Assembly: GCA_951406725.2 (NCBI GenBank)
Contig: OX597830.1
Location: 3,658,001-3,722,000 of the forward strand
Direction of reading: 5' to 3'
Length of the DNA: 64,000 nucleotides
Source: Octopus vulgaris
Lineage: Eukaryota
Shown here in pieces: positions 24,628 through 38,039 of this stretch (its first letter is position 1; every line of letters starts with the position of its first letter). The notes under the pieces were generated by a model. The model saw nothing but the letters and a program-made list of their open reading frames with translations, did not search any database and was not told the DNA's origin. A program made the translations under genes and the position numbers.

Positions 24628-25910
24628 TCATCATCATCATCATCATCGTTTAACGTCCGCTTTCCATGTTAGCATGGGTTGGACGGTTCAACTGGGGTCT
24701 GGGAAGCCAGAAGGCTGCACCAGGCCAGTCAGACCTGGCAGTGTTTCTACAGCTGGATGCCCTTCCTAACGCCAACCACTCTGTGAGTGTAGTGGGTGCT
24801 TTTTATGTGCCACCGACACAGGTGGCAGACGAGGCTGGCAAACGACCACGCTTGGATGGTGTTTTTTATGTGCCACCGATACAGGTGCCAGATGAGGCTG
24901 GCGAACGGCCATGCTCGGATGGTGTTTTTTTTTATGTGCCATGGACACCAGTGCCAGATGAGGCTGGCGAACGGCCACACTCGGATGGTGTTTTTTATGT
25001 GCCACCGACACAGGTGCCAGACGAGGCTGGCGAACGGCCACACTCGAATGGTGTTTTTTATGTGCCACCAACACAGGTGCCAGACAAGGCTGGCGAACGG
25101 CCACACTCGGATGGTGTTTTTTATGTGCCACCGACACAGGTGCCAGACGAGGCTGGTGAACGGCCACACTCGGATGGTGTTTTCTATGTGCCACCGACAC
25201 AGGTACCAGACGAGGCTGGTGAACGGCCACACTCGGATGGTGTTTTTTATGTGCCACCAACACAGGTGCCAGACGAGGCTGGCGAACGGCCATGCTCGGA
25301 TGGTGTTTTTTACGTGCCACCAGCACGGAGGCCAGGTGAGGCTGGCACGGCCACGATCGGATGGTGTTTGTTACGTGCCACCAGCATGGAGGCCAGTCGA
25401 TGCGATACTGGCTACAGCCACGTTCGGATGGTTTTCTTATGTGCCACCGACACTGGTACCACAAAACTACAAATTCCATTGATGTTCATCGATTTTGATT
25501 TGATTTGATTTTCACTTTCCTCAACAGGTTTTCACAAGTAGAGTTATGTGTCCCAAGAAGGAAGGTATGCACAGGTGGACTGACTACGTCCCAGGTAGGG
25601 GCCATGGGTTATGGCCTCACGTGTCCTGCCGGGTCTTCTCGTGCACAGCATACTTCCAAAGGTCTCGGTCTCTGGTCATTTCCTCGGTGAGACCTAAAGC
25701 GCGAAGGTCGTTCTTCACCAACTCATCCCCGGTTTACTTGGGTCTACCTCTTCCAGAGGTTCTCTCAACCGCTAGGGTGTGGCAGTTTTTCACACAACTA
25801 TCTTCATCCATTCTCACCACATGTCCATACCAGCGTAGACGCCTCTCTTGCACACCACATCTGATGCTTCTTAGGTCCAACTTTTCTCTCAAGGCACTTA
25901 CACTCTGTTG
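24628..25910 (-). mobile_element. RTE LINE 3' fragment with expanded UTR tandem array
   Basis: (CAT)n tail, the same UTR as 4068, and C-terminal LREKLDLRSIRCGVQERRLRWYGHVVRM (25734-25910). Confidence 0.9.
24795..25460. repeat. 63-bp minisatellite, about 8 near-identical plus 3 diverged units
   Basis: Unit GGATGGTGTTTTTTATGTGCCACCGACACAGGTGCCAGACGAGGCTGGCGAACGGCCACACTC. Confidence 0.92.
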
Positions 25911-25979
25911 GGTAATAATAATAATAATAATATCGAAAAATACCTTAGGAAGGAGAGCCCAGGTTTGAAAATTTCCCAA

Positions 25980-26025
25980 GACATCTGATGAAGGCTGGAG
26001 AGTATATCAGCTGAAACGTTGTGTT
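25980..26025 (+). ncRNA. Minimal type I hammerhead ribozyme
   Basis: GACAT-CTGATGA-A-GGCTG-(loop)-CAGCT-GAAA-CGTT-GTGTT. Confidence 0.72.
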
Positions 26026-28122
26026 AACAGCAAACAAGATGAGGACAATGATCTGTCAAATGTAAATAATGTAAATAATTCCTCATCTCTTAAATATAGA
26101 ACTGTAAGATGCATTTTGACAACGTTTCAGGTTGTCAAATCTCTCTGCACATATCAAGTTTGTTGTCCAGAGCATGAGGCTGAAAATAATTTACAACTGA
26201 AATATGAATTTCTATAGATAAATTCAGTCTAGTGACATCAGCCTTATCTCTCATTCGAAATAGACTCATAATGTTAGGGAATAATTAAGTTAAAGTGAAG
26301 CAGAATTGTAAGACATGAAAAGCTTTTGTCAAACTGAAATGATTTCATGTAACTAAATATTTCATAAAGATACGGTAGACAGGAGAGATAACAAGAATGT
26401 TGTTAGTTTATTCAATGTTTTACAATGGATCATCTTTTGCAAGTCAGTAGTTTTCAATAGGCAGCACAACAATTAAATTTTGCAGTTGGTTAGTATGACA
26501 AAAATGAGTAGAGGTTAGAAGAAAGTTAACCTTTCCTAACGTTTCCCCAGCTTTACAAAATTCAATTAGTCTCTGATATTAGATGCCATCACAGCACAGA
26601 TTTCTGTAATCCCCAAATATTTTTGATAGGAAACCACACCAAGATTGACATTTTTATGTTATGAATTCTTCTCATTCATGATTGATAAATACATGCAGCT
26701 ACTTCAACACATATCTGAAATCTTATTATAATAGCAGACAGACTAAATAAATTAATAATTAGCATTCATTTACCAAACTAGAATTCCATACAGATTTCTG
26801 TCACAGATACAAAGCCACAAAATTTTTGTTCAGAGTCAGAGAATTGATCACTTAAATTAATTTTAATATTTTAAAAGTCATTATTTTAACAACCCCAGTA
26901 GAATAAATGCCAAACTTGATGACAGCATTATTTGAACTTAGATCATACAGGGATATATCTAAATACTACAAGGCATTGTAATTCGATCATGTAGGAGACA
27001 CTGTTATCTATTGATTTGAATTTTGTAAATACGATAACTATAACAGAAGCAGGAGAGATAATCATAATAAAGGATATTAGCAGTCAACCAGAAATATTCT
27101 CTGATATGAGCAGAGAGATGTGGCAAGATGAAATATCATAATGCATCGTGTATTTCTAGACAGTCCAGTAAAAATTATAAGTTTTCATTAATTGAAAGTT
27201 TTGGTCAGTCCTTCTTTACACATCTGTAGCATTTGAAATGAGTTTTTTTTTTCTCTGGAGAGGAAAGACTGGCAAAAGATGGCTGTATGGCATCTGGTGG
27301 TGGTGGGGTGTTAAATATGGTGGTGGGTAGAGGAGGAGAGACAGTAAATCTGGAGAGGTTGCGTAGGGGTGGTTTGAGACATTTGGATATTATATGGGTT
27401 AACAGTTAAAAATCTTGTTTTTCAAGGCCCAGGACTCAATCCTAATGTGACCTCTTGGTCAAATGTCATTTTCTTTAGCCTCAGGTTGATCCATAGTTTG
27501 GGGGGGGGGAATTGGCTGAGTGGAAACTGTAAAGAAGCTCCACACATAGATTATAACTGTACTTGAAAAATACAGCCTTGCTATGCACTGACTGAGAATT
27601 ACATTAAAAGTAAACCTGGCTGTGGAATGCTCAGTAACTTACAAATTAACCTTTTTTGCTGCCATATTCTTGTTGATAACATTGCTTTGTTCCAATTAAT
27701 TTTGAAAGTAATAAAAAATTTAAGAAAATAATCTTGTTTTCATTAATCTGGTGTTTAAGATGTAAATTAACATGATGTTTTGAAGGAAGATTTTAATTTG
27801 AATTACTATAAATCATGAACTAGGTTTTGTCTCAGGCTGGTTGGTATCAAAAGGGTTAATACAGGAGCAGATAACTCAGTTGATTGAACAACTGAATTCT
27901 CATTGGAGAACTGATGGAAATCCTTCCAACCATTTTGTGAGTTCATTGATAATTTCAACTAACCATACATGGATAAAGAATGGTTATGGGGAAGGGAATT
28001 CAGAGGTACTTTCTGTAAAGACTTTTTCACATCATGTAGATAAAAAGACTCATCATTTATTACATGAGTTTGCAAATTTGCTGATTTGTTTGTTTTTTTT
28101 TGTTTTAGTAAAACTCAAAGTG

Positions 28123-28530
28123 ATCATCATCATCATCTTCATCATCTAACGTCCGCTTTCCATGCTAGCATGGGTTGGGTGGTTCGACCAGGGTCTGGTA
28201 AGCCATGGAGGCTGCACCAGGCTCCAGTCTGATCTGGCAGTGTTTCTACAGCTGGATGCCCTTCCTAACGCCAACCACTCTGTGAGTGTAGTGGGTAATT
28301 TTTACATGCCACCGGCACAGGAGCCAGAGGAGGCTGGCAAACGGCCACAATCGGTTGGTGCTTTTACGTGTCACAGACATGGACGCCAGTCAGGCGGCGC
28401 TGGAATCTGCCACATTCGGATGGTGCTTTTTACGTGTCACTGGCACAGGTGTCTTAACTACAATTTCCATTTGATTTTTATTTTGATGTTGGTGTTGACG
28501 TACTTGACTCAATAGGTCTCCTTGAGAACA
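28123..28530 (-). mobile_element. RTE 3'-end fragment (about 3 UTR repeat units)
   Basis: Matches the 4068 and 24628 UTRs. Confidence 0.8.
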
Positions 28531-28559
28531 GCGGGTCACTCTGCAATCCATAATATAAC

Positions 28560-28805
28560 ATAATATAATACACTTATTCATACAGTTCTCAGGTATGCTA
28601 CAACTCATCAGCAAAAGTAACCAAAACTGCATGAACAGGACACAGAATATGCACAGGAAGTGAACAGTGAATAAGTCTTTGAAAAAACAGAGGTGGGGAA
28701 CATCAGGTGTATGGTTGAAGAGTGTCAGGAAGCCTGGAAGTGTTGTGTCCTGACAGCTAACAACTGATGCATGTAGCTATTCCATGCTTTAGCAATTCTG
28801 AGTTG
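28560..28805 (-). mobile_element. CR1/L2-type 3' end related to 6770-7030
   Basis: CAGGAAGCCTGGAAGT...CTAACAACTGATGC...TTCCATGCTTTAGCAATTCT resembles 6940-7030. Confidence 0.6.
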
Positions 28806-30384
28806 AAACTTGGAATAAATATCTTAATTCTAATTATTTATTCTAATTATTCCATCAAAAATGTAGAATAGTCTGTTGATGTTCTTCAAAAGCTAAGGCA
28901 ATTCGGATGTTATGGATAAGCACCAACAATTATTGATGAAATGCATTAATCCAAGTTCATGCACTCATTGAAGTTTCCAACTATCCGTAAGATCTCTGAA
29001 TTCTTTAGTTTTATTTTTTGGTAGAATCCTTTACTTTTGTAACTAAAACATGAATAATATAATTATTTCTTCTAAATGAGAATTAAAACATGCTTAACAA
29101 CATACTTATTGACTTTGAAATGAACTATGTTCAATTTAATAAAGTTGAATTAATTTTAAAAAAATTACTAATTGAAGATAAAATAATATAGGAAATGTTA
29201 TGCATTTATTTTGTTTATGGCAAATAAGAATATGAAGAACTTGCTTCCAACTTCTTGTATATAGGTTAATAGAACTGTGTTAATAGCAAGAATGAAAGTA
29301 TTTTCCATAATTCTAATTTAAAATGTACTTTAAAATTAAAAATTTTCTATTTAATAATTTAGCAGCTTTATAATATTATTTACAATAATGATGAGGATAT
29401 GATCCTTAATCAAATATCAAATTGACTTCTGTGGTAATTTGAAATGCAGCTCCGTAAATAGACCGTGTATATTGGAAGTTTAGCTACTGACATTACTGAT
29501 ATCATCATCATCATCATCATCATTATTATTATCATTATTGTTATTATTGCTTAGTTCTTTATTAACCCCCAAATGCAGCAGATCTACAATCCAAGGTGTC
29601 CAAGCCATGGCCAACCAGGAGTAGTATTTACATGTACATTATCTAATGTATGATTTTTGTCCCCTTTTAAGATGGTATTGTGTGATTTAAGGGAAGATTT
29701 GGCTGTTATTTCTAGCAGGTTGAGTGATAACATAGTGGCTCCCTCGTTGGCATGTACTTTCCTATGTGTTGCTGTTGATCAATTCTTAAAACTTACATTA
29801 AACTTGAATATACTTAACGTGACTGAGAGGTGAAAGGTCAATATCAACACGAAAAATGATCATTTTCAAATATTCCAACCTGGAATTCTATCATAAAATA
29901 TAAATATTTTTAATTAAAAGGTCATCTTCCCTGCAACTTTCTCATTTTACCAAAATTAACTATTTAATAATTTACCTTAACCCTTTTGTATTAAAAACAA
30001 ATCATTCAATATTATGTTTTATTATGTATTTTTCTAAAATATATTCCCTCATCTGATCATGAATTTCACTTTTTTCTGAAAGATGTTTTTTTTGTTTTCT
30101 TTTGTGCTCCACTTTCCTTTTCTCGGTTTTTAAAGATTGGAAAGTTTTTTTTTTTTTTTTAATTTATTCTAGTATCTTTTCAGCAACTACATTCCTAAAC
30201 TGACCTATCATTTGAGTAGCCTAGTCAATGGCAGTGCCTGTGACTCAGCCAGAAATATGTTACATTTCTTCTCCGTCTGTGAGGAATTTAGCTGTATATG
30301 CATTCAGTGCAGCATAATCCAGAGGTAGATAAAACTCAGCTTGTGGTAATTCAATCAAAATGTTTCAGGAACAAGTGTAACAGG

Positions 30385-30580
30385 ATGAATAATTTTATGT
30401 TGGAAAGAAACAGAGGAAAATTTAACTTGCTTTTTATTTATTTTTCTTTTTTCTTTTTTGGCAGAAGGTTCTATTTGTTTTTCTATTTTCTCTTTTTTCC
30501 ACTTGTTTTTCCTGATGAAGGACAGCAGTCTGAAACGTTGAGGAATCTTCTGTTTCTTCGTTAAAGCATAAAATTCACAA
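30385..30580 (+). mobile_element. Short partly fold-back element with a hammerhead core (30508-30543)
   Basis: TTTC-CTGATGA-A-GGAC-AGCA-GTCT-GAAA-CGTT-GAGG; AATTTTATGTTGGAAAGAAACAGAGGA is imperfectly inverted relative to TCTTCTGTTTCTT..GCATAAAATT. Confidence 0.6.
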
Positions 30581-31649
30581 ATAATCAATAGTACATAAAC
30601 CCCAGAAGATGATTGGTATTTATTTAATGAAATTCTGAAAGAGAGAAGACAAAATTGCTCTGAGATGCTTTTAAACTCAGAATGTGAAATAACAAAATAT
30701 CACAAAGTATTACGTGTGATGTTCTACCAATTTTATCATCTTTGTATTAATATATTGTATAAGGTGCAGGTATGGTTGTGTGGTTAGATTCACTTCTTAA
30801 CCATGTGGTTTTAGGTTCATTTTCCTCCCGTGATATCCGTTATATGGAATTGTGGCCAAATGTCTTCTACTATAGCTCCAGGCTTACCAAATTCTTGTGA
30901 GTGGATTCAGTAGAAGGAAGTGTGGGCATGCATTCTCATTTACTGATGCATAGACATGTTATTTTGCATCGCCATGGTTCATTAAATATTGATAAAATAT
31001 GTACAATATTGAATTGATCAAACTGATCTGGATTAAACAGCAACAGCAACAACAATCATAGCAGTTCCATTGTTTCATTTAGATTCTGTTTATTCCATGT
31101 TTATTATGAGTCTGATCTTGTCTGTGTGTTTACCAATTCTAATGTAGTAGAAAGTTGTTTAATAGAAATTTGCCTGCTATAGTAAATATGTCGAGCTGCT
31201 ATATAAAAATTGCTCTGTCTCCTCTGTTTTCAAAGTAGTATCACTTCTCTCTGAGCTGAACAAACACAAAACACATACATACTATAATCTCAGGTGGCCA
31301 GCCAATTATTTTCATGAAACTCAAGCAAACAAGACTTCATGTCAAGTTCTGTCATCCTTTTTCATCTCCATTATTACCACTACGTATGAGAACAAGCTGT
31401 ATAACTGTTTTAAGCATAATATGTTCTGTGTGTAAGTCTATGACACACATTGCTAAACTCTGCAGAGATGTCTATATGGCATGGTTTCAGAATGCTGACT
31501 GTTCGTTACATATAAAATTCACAACTAATGGGCTACTTTCAAAAGATTACCCAACTGGCTTGACCATTTTGATGCCAACCCTGCTGAAAATAGTTCTAGT
31601 TCTTTGAGACTAAACTTAGTGATTTAAAGAATTAATATTTGTGGTGAGG

Positions 31650-32070
31650 TAAGGTGGTGAACTGGCAGAAATGTTAGCACACTGGGCGAAATGCTTAGCG
31701 GTATTTCGTCTTTCTTTATGTTCTGAGTTCATATTCTGCCAAGGTCAACTTTGCCTTTCATCCTTTCGGGGACAATAAATTAAGTACCAGTTGCATACTG
31801 GAGTCGATCTAATCGACTGGCCCCCTCCCTCAAAATTTCGGGCCTTGTGCCTAGAGTAGAAAAGATTATTTGGGGTGAGCTAGCAGAATCCTTAACATGC
31901 TGGGCAAAATGCTTAGTGGCTTTTCATCTGTCTTTACGTTCTGAGATCAAATTCCACCACGGTTGACTTTGCCTTTCACCTTTTCAGGCTCGATAAAATA
32001 AGTACCTGTTGCGTACTGGGTTCAACAGAACCAACTAAACCCCTCCCCCAAAATTGCTGACCTGGTGCCA
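31650..32070 (+). mobile_element. Two tandem tRNA-derived SINEs, family B (Nin/Deu-like central domain)
   Basis: GGTGAACTGGCAGAAATGTTAGCAC...GAGTTCA...GCCTTTCATCCTTTCGGG..ATAAATTAAGTACCAG. Confidence 0.8.
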
Positions 32071-32309
32071 AATTAAGCTGAAAACATTTATCATAATTTT
32101 GTGTAAGGACATTTAAGTTCTAAACACCAGATTTACTCACTCATTAGTATATTTCTATTGAAATTCATTGTTTTTATTTCACCTAGTTTTTTTACATAAA
32201 AAATCCCATCAAATAACGGCCATTGTCAAGCTGGAAGCTTTTAATGCAGATCACTGTAACAATTTAGAATTCAAGTTGGCCATATCTGGCCTAAATATTT
32301 TTATCAGTT

Positions 32310-35300
32310 TGTTGTATAGTGAAACTATACACCCCTCTCAGTAAAAAGTGGTATTAGCCAGTCAACAAAATAAGGTCAGAAGGTAGAAGGTTGAGAGTAT
32401 GTGTAGTTTGTGGTGATGGTCGTGTCTGTACTCATATAATAATTATATTGTGATTGTGAATGGATGTGATATAACAACAATCCAACCTTTTGGTATGACT
32501 GAGGGTTGTAGAGTGCCAGATAGAACCATTCTATCAACAGCAATGTGAAATATGCTGCTCCCAACGAACGTGGGTGGCAATGCTATAAAGATTTCTATGC
32601 TTGGTAAATTATTACCAAGTGTTTATACCAAATATTCTGGCCACAGCCTCGAACGCCCGTCTTAACCTCTGATGATGTTCATTATCTGGTTTGTATGGTT
32701 TTCATGTTTTCATGTTGATCTAGGTGAGGTTAGTGGATTGTATAGTTTTCTGGTAGCTACTTCCGACTGGTTAGATAGGAGCCCAAACTCTCTGCTAGTG
32801 CATGGAGAGGCTGCACTATAATATTGGTGTATCTATAGTGAATGTCATGCATGGATGGGTGTCTGGTGGGCTTTCCCAAGGCCACACTTACTTCGTCTGC
32901 TGGAGCATTATGGGGAAGCTGATTACTTGCTTACTTAAAGTGGAAAACTCTTGCTGGTCTTTTTTTTTTATCAAACAAAATTTCAAACCAGACTCAGCTA
33001 AATCACCTGCTTTTTTGACTATTGCATTCTCCAATATACATGGTCTCCATTCTAATCTTATGGATGTTGAGTCTTTTCTTACTCAGAACTCTCCTCACAT
33101 CCTTGCTTTGAGTGAGACAAATCTCAGTCCAGACATTTCAGATGCTTTTGTTGTTCCTGGCAATCTTCCTCTTTGCCGGAAGGACTTTGGCAATCATATA
33201 CATAGCTTGGGCAACTTTGGTCATGTCAATCTTCCCATCATTTGAGAGGAAGATCTTGAGGATCCTCTGCAGTCTTTCATGTGTTTTCAACTTTCTCTTC
33301 TGCATTCAACTAGATACTTGTTCTTTCTCTGTCGTTCTACATCTTCTCAAAATTGTTCTGTTATACAGTCTGTTACTGACAGCATCGATAAGGCTCTCTT
33401 GTTTCATAACTCTGCAAATATATTCATCTTTGATGATTTTAATATTCACCACGAAGAGTGGCTTAAGTTTTCTCATAACACTACTGCCTCTGGCATCGAA
33501 GTGTATAATTTCACACTTTCTCAATCACTCACACAACTTGTTGTCTTTCCTACTTGCATTCCTGATCAGGATGACCAATTTTCTTCCCTCTTTGATCTCT
33601 TTTTGGCATCATCCTGATATTTGTTAGGTTTGTCATGATTCTCCACTGGCAGGGATCTGATCATGTTGTTGTTTCAGTTGGCATTTCACTGAATTGTTCT
33701 GCTGCCAAAGAGTCCCCATTTCATCGTTCTCTATTCAACTATGATCGTGGTGACTGGGACAATTTGACCGACTTTCTTCATGTCGCTTCTTGGACTGATA
33801 TTTTTGCCAAACCTTCTGAGGCCTGTACTGGGGAAGTTACTGCTTGGATTTCTGCTGGTATTAACACCTTCATACCATCTCGCAAATACCATCTGAAACT
33901 ACATTCCTCACCCTGGTTTTCTCCTGCTTGTACTGCTGCTCTTGCCAATCATAATCATTTCTTCCCCCAGTTTCAGCGAGATAATTCTGCAGTGAATAAA
34001 CAGATTTTCACCAATGCTCGCAACCACTGTTTGGCTGTCATTCATGATGCTAAATCAGACTACAAGCAGCAGATTTATGATCATATTTCATCCCAGTAAG
34101 TAGGCTCTTGTGACTTTTGGAGAATTATTAAAAGTGTTAGAGGTAACAATAAGTCTTCTATTCCTCCTTTATTCAACGGACCTGAGCTCCTGACAACATC
34201 TAATGATAAAGCAGAGCTCTTTGCTCAACTGTTTGGTTCTCACTCTATTCTTGAGGATTTTAGTCATCCACTTTCTATTGTGTTTTTTTTTTCAAAACTG
34301 ATAAATTGTTACACAGTTGTCATATTACTTCTGCTAAGGTTGCGGCCATTGTGGCTCGGTTGGCTCCAGGTAAAGCAACTGGACCTGATGGTATTCCAGT
34401 CATTGTTCTGCAGAAGTGCTCTCCTGAGTTGTCTTCTATCTTATCTAGGCTCTTCCAAAAGTGTATCTCAGAATCTTGTTTTCCTTCTTTATGGAAATTC
34501 CCATCTGTTGTTCCTGTCTTTAAGAACTGTGGTGATCGATCTAATCCTTGTATTTATAAAACCGATTAGTCTACTATGAATCAACAGTAAGGTTTTTGAG
34601 TCCTACATTAATGACTCTCTTGTAAAATATCTTGACTCAAACCATTTATTCTCAATATGGATTCTGTGCTGGACAGTCTACAGCTGATCTTCTCACTGTT
34701 ATATCAAAGCATGTTTAATGTGCTTTGAAAAGTATCTGGTCAAACTAGGGCTGTTGCTCTTGATATCTCTAAGGCATTTGATAGGGTTTGGGATGCTGGA
34801 ATTTTGTAGAAGCTCCAATCCTTTGGTGTGTCAGGTTTCATGCTGAACATTATCTCTTCTTTCCTTTATGACCGTAGGATCAAGGTTGTTCTTGATGGTC
34901 AATCTTCATCTAGTTATTCTATTAATGCTGGGGTTCCTCACGGACCTCTCCTGGGCCCCCAGTTCACTTTCTTCTTTTTATCAATGATCAGCCTGATCCT
35001 ATCATCTGTCAGCCAATAATCTCTGCTGATGACTCCACTTTGTACTCTTGTTTGGACAAATCTGACGACTTGTCTGATAAGGTTGAGATCACTGCTAACC
35101 TTGAGGATGATCTTCGATCAATTGTTGAGTTGGATAGGAAATGGCTTGTAACGTTCAATCCATAGAAAGCTAAAATTCTTTCAGTTAATCATTTCAAACA
35201 TCCTTTCTTGCCATTGGTATCGATGAATGGTATTGACTTACCTGAGAGCCGTTCTCTTCGTCTCTGAGGAGTGACTTTCTGTAATGATTTTTCTTGGAGG

Positions 35301-38039
35301 ACTTACATTGAATCTGTTGCCAAATCGGCTGCAATGAAGGTAGGCTCAATCTTTCGTTCAAGGAGTTATCTCATGCCTGAGACTATTCTTTACCTTTATA
35401 AGTTCATCATTCGCTCCTGCATTGAGTACTGTTGTCACTTATGGGCAGGTGTCCCTGCGGATTGTTTAACTCTGCTGGGCCGCATTCAACGCCGTATTTA
35501 TAATGCTATTGGTCCTGATCTATCTTCTGAATTGGTCCTGATCTATCATCGTCATTGTGTGGTTTCCTTGTCTCTTTTTCTATAGATATTTTCATGGACA
35601 TCATTTGGCTGAGCTCTCTTCTCTGGTTCCCCCTTTAAGAACTTATCAGCAATCAATTAGACTTGCATCCAGTTCTCATCTGTATACTGTGCAACCTCCC
35701 AAGTGTACGAGTTTCCTCCTTTGCACCTCTGAACTTTGGAATTCCCTTCCACAGTCTTGTTTTCCTCTTCAATTTAAGTCTGATGTACATCATCACCTAC
35801 TGATTTCTGTCTGGCATCCATTTTATACTTGTAGCTCTTACGTTTTCAGTGGTCTAAGGACATTGTAATGAGCAAACGCTTAAAAAAATACATAAGGTGA
35901 GGGCACCACTTAATGACTTATTTTAAAAAAATTCCCAAAAGGTTTGGATAGAGAAATACCAGAAAACATTTAATGAGTTAAAAGATGTGTTAACTTCAGA
36001 CTTGTATCTTATGCATTTTGACCCAAATTTATAGATAATATTAACTAGAGATGCTAGCGAGTATGGGATAGAAACCAGCATCCTACACAAGGATAACGAT
36101 GACAGGAGAAAGGCCATAGCTCACACATCAAGGACATTATTGTCGGTGGAAAAGAGCTATAACCAGATTGAAAAAGAGGCATTGGCTATCATATTTGGTG
36201 TGAAAATATTCCACTAGTTTGTTCATGGCAGACGTTTTTGGTTGCAAACGGACCATAGACCTCTAATAAAGATATATGGTTCCAAGAAAGGAATACTGGC
36301 ACATATGGCAAACAGACTGCATTGGTGGGGTACCATTCTATTAAACTACAATTATAGAATGGAATATCTGCCTTTCAAAACAGTTGGGGCATTTCAAAGT
36401 GCTGTCCAGGTTAATTCCAAGAAATAACGAACTGCTAGAGGACGCCGTAATAGCAGCACTAAGAGCAGAAACAGAGACCAAAAAAGTGATGTGGGACATC
36501 GTGCATAAACTACCAGTACCTTTGGAAGAAATATAAAGAAATGACAAATTTATTAACGAGATAAAAAGAAAACTGTGGTCGACAAAAGGAAATAAAGAAA
36601 GGTTTGATGCAAACAACCGCCAAGATGTGAACGTGTACTCTAGATGTGATGGTGTATTAATGTATGCTCAGAGGGTGGTCATGTACAAGCATTACAGAAG
36701 AGAATGCTAAAAGAGTTCCATGTGGGACTTCCAGGCATCTTTAGAATGAAATCACTGATGCAGTTTCGTATACTGGCTAAACATGGACAAGGAGATTGAA
36801 AACCTGGTAAAAGGCTGCAGAATATGTGTGCTGGCAGCAAAACTACCTACTACAAAATGTGAACCTTGGCCGGAAGTGAAAATACTTAATAGTAGTGGAC
36901 GGCTACACAAAATGGCCTGAGGTTGCGAGATGTAAATGACCAGCCTCATATATGGTAACAAACTTCTTACACAAGCTGTTTGCAAGATTTGGTGTACCAG
37001 ATATAATTGTCTCTGATAACTGAACACAGTTTGTATCCTGTGAGTTAAAAAGATTCTACAAGATGTTCATATTAAAACATAAAACTCTAGCGCCATATCA
37101 CCCTTGATCGAATTGAAGGGCCGCATGGTTCATGGACACTTTTAAGAGAGCTTTAAGGAAAGCTAATAAGGAAGCCATGGATGAGGTCATGATCCAACAA
37201 TTCTTAAGGGTATACAGCGTAACTCTGAACCCAAATGCACCAGGAGGAAGTTCAACAGCAGAATTAATGTTTGCCAGAAAGGTGAAGTCGGTATTCGATA
37301 AACTGCTACCAGTGAAGAAAAAAATACGTGCCAATAAAGACATGTCAAAATTCTTTAGAATAAGTGATAAAGTATATGTAAGAATGTACAAAAATGGCAA
37401 GCAATACTGGGAAGAAGGAGAAACTGTAACATACATAGGAAGAATGATGTATGGTAAATGGAATGGAATGGAAAGGAGACATAGAAATCAGCTTAAGGAA
37501 AGAGTCATAGAAAAGGAACCAACAAGAGTAGAAATACCAATAGATTGGCTATATGACACTTTTAGGTTCCAACTCCATTACAAGGAGTCAAAGCCACATG
37601 TACAAGAAAAAGGAAGAATACTGAATTCCTAAAGGTAGACCCTAAGAAGAAAAGATATATATATATATACATACCTACATATAAAAGAGGAAGTGGAGTG
37701 AATAAAAGAAAGTGAATGTTAAATAAAAAATTAAAAGTAGAGATGTCGTATAGTGAAACTGTACATCCCTCCTGCTAAAAAGTCGTAGAGAGGAAGGTCA
37801 AGAGTACATGTAGACTATGCTGATACTTCAGCCTGTGCTGATATAATAATTATTCTGTGATACTGAGTGGACGTTATAATGATCACGCCTTTTGAGGATC
37901 ATAATACTGAGTGACTGGGGGTTGTACAGTACCCGATAGAACCATTCTATCGATGACTTGGGAATATAACAATATCTGTCAGAGTGATGACCATTGTCAA
38001 AAGACGGATACTAAAGTGGCAAAAGGCCACTTTGCAATA
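32310..38039 (+). mobile_element. Gypsy/Ty3 LTR retrotransposon remnant with both LTRs and a 5-bp TSD CAGTT
   Basis: LTRs at about 32310-32570 and 37744-38039 share TGTYGTATAGTGAAACT...GATAGAACCATTCTATC. Purine-rich tract before the 3' LTR. CAGTT at 32305-32309 and 38040-38044. RNase H (DASEYG, YNQIEKEALAIIFGV, QTDHRPL) and integrase remnants at 35891-37630. Confidence 0.85.
32600..35890 (+). mobile_element. CR1/L2-group LINE (APE endonuclease plus RT, decayed) nested in the Gypsy element
   Basis: AFSNIHGL, LALSET, DDFNIHH, GSDH, SPWF, KATGPDGIP, ALDISKAFDRVW, INAGVPHG..LGP, ADDS, IRSCIEYCCHLW; A-rich end at about 35885. The 5' boundary is uncertain. Confidence 0.88.

Larger units (their letters stand above)
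24357..26107. mobile_element. Head-to-head inverted dimer of a tRNA-head/(AAT)n/hammerhead element, with TSD GATGCATTTT; right copy disrupted by an RTE
   Basis: 24357-24500 is the reverse complement of 25935-26080. Junction palindrome TATGCCC-AT-GGGCATA at 24608-24623. GATGCATTTT at 24347-24356 and 26108-26117. Confidence 0.8.

Noticed and set aside
24666-25508. 280-aa repeat-protein ORF and overlapping ORFs; also a possible CRISPR-like array
   Set aside because: It is a 63-bp tandem repeat in an RTE 3' UTR with several frames open. Units are contiguous with no unique spacers, and there are no cas genes.
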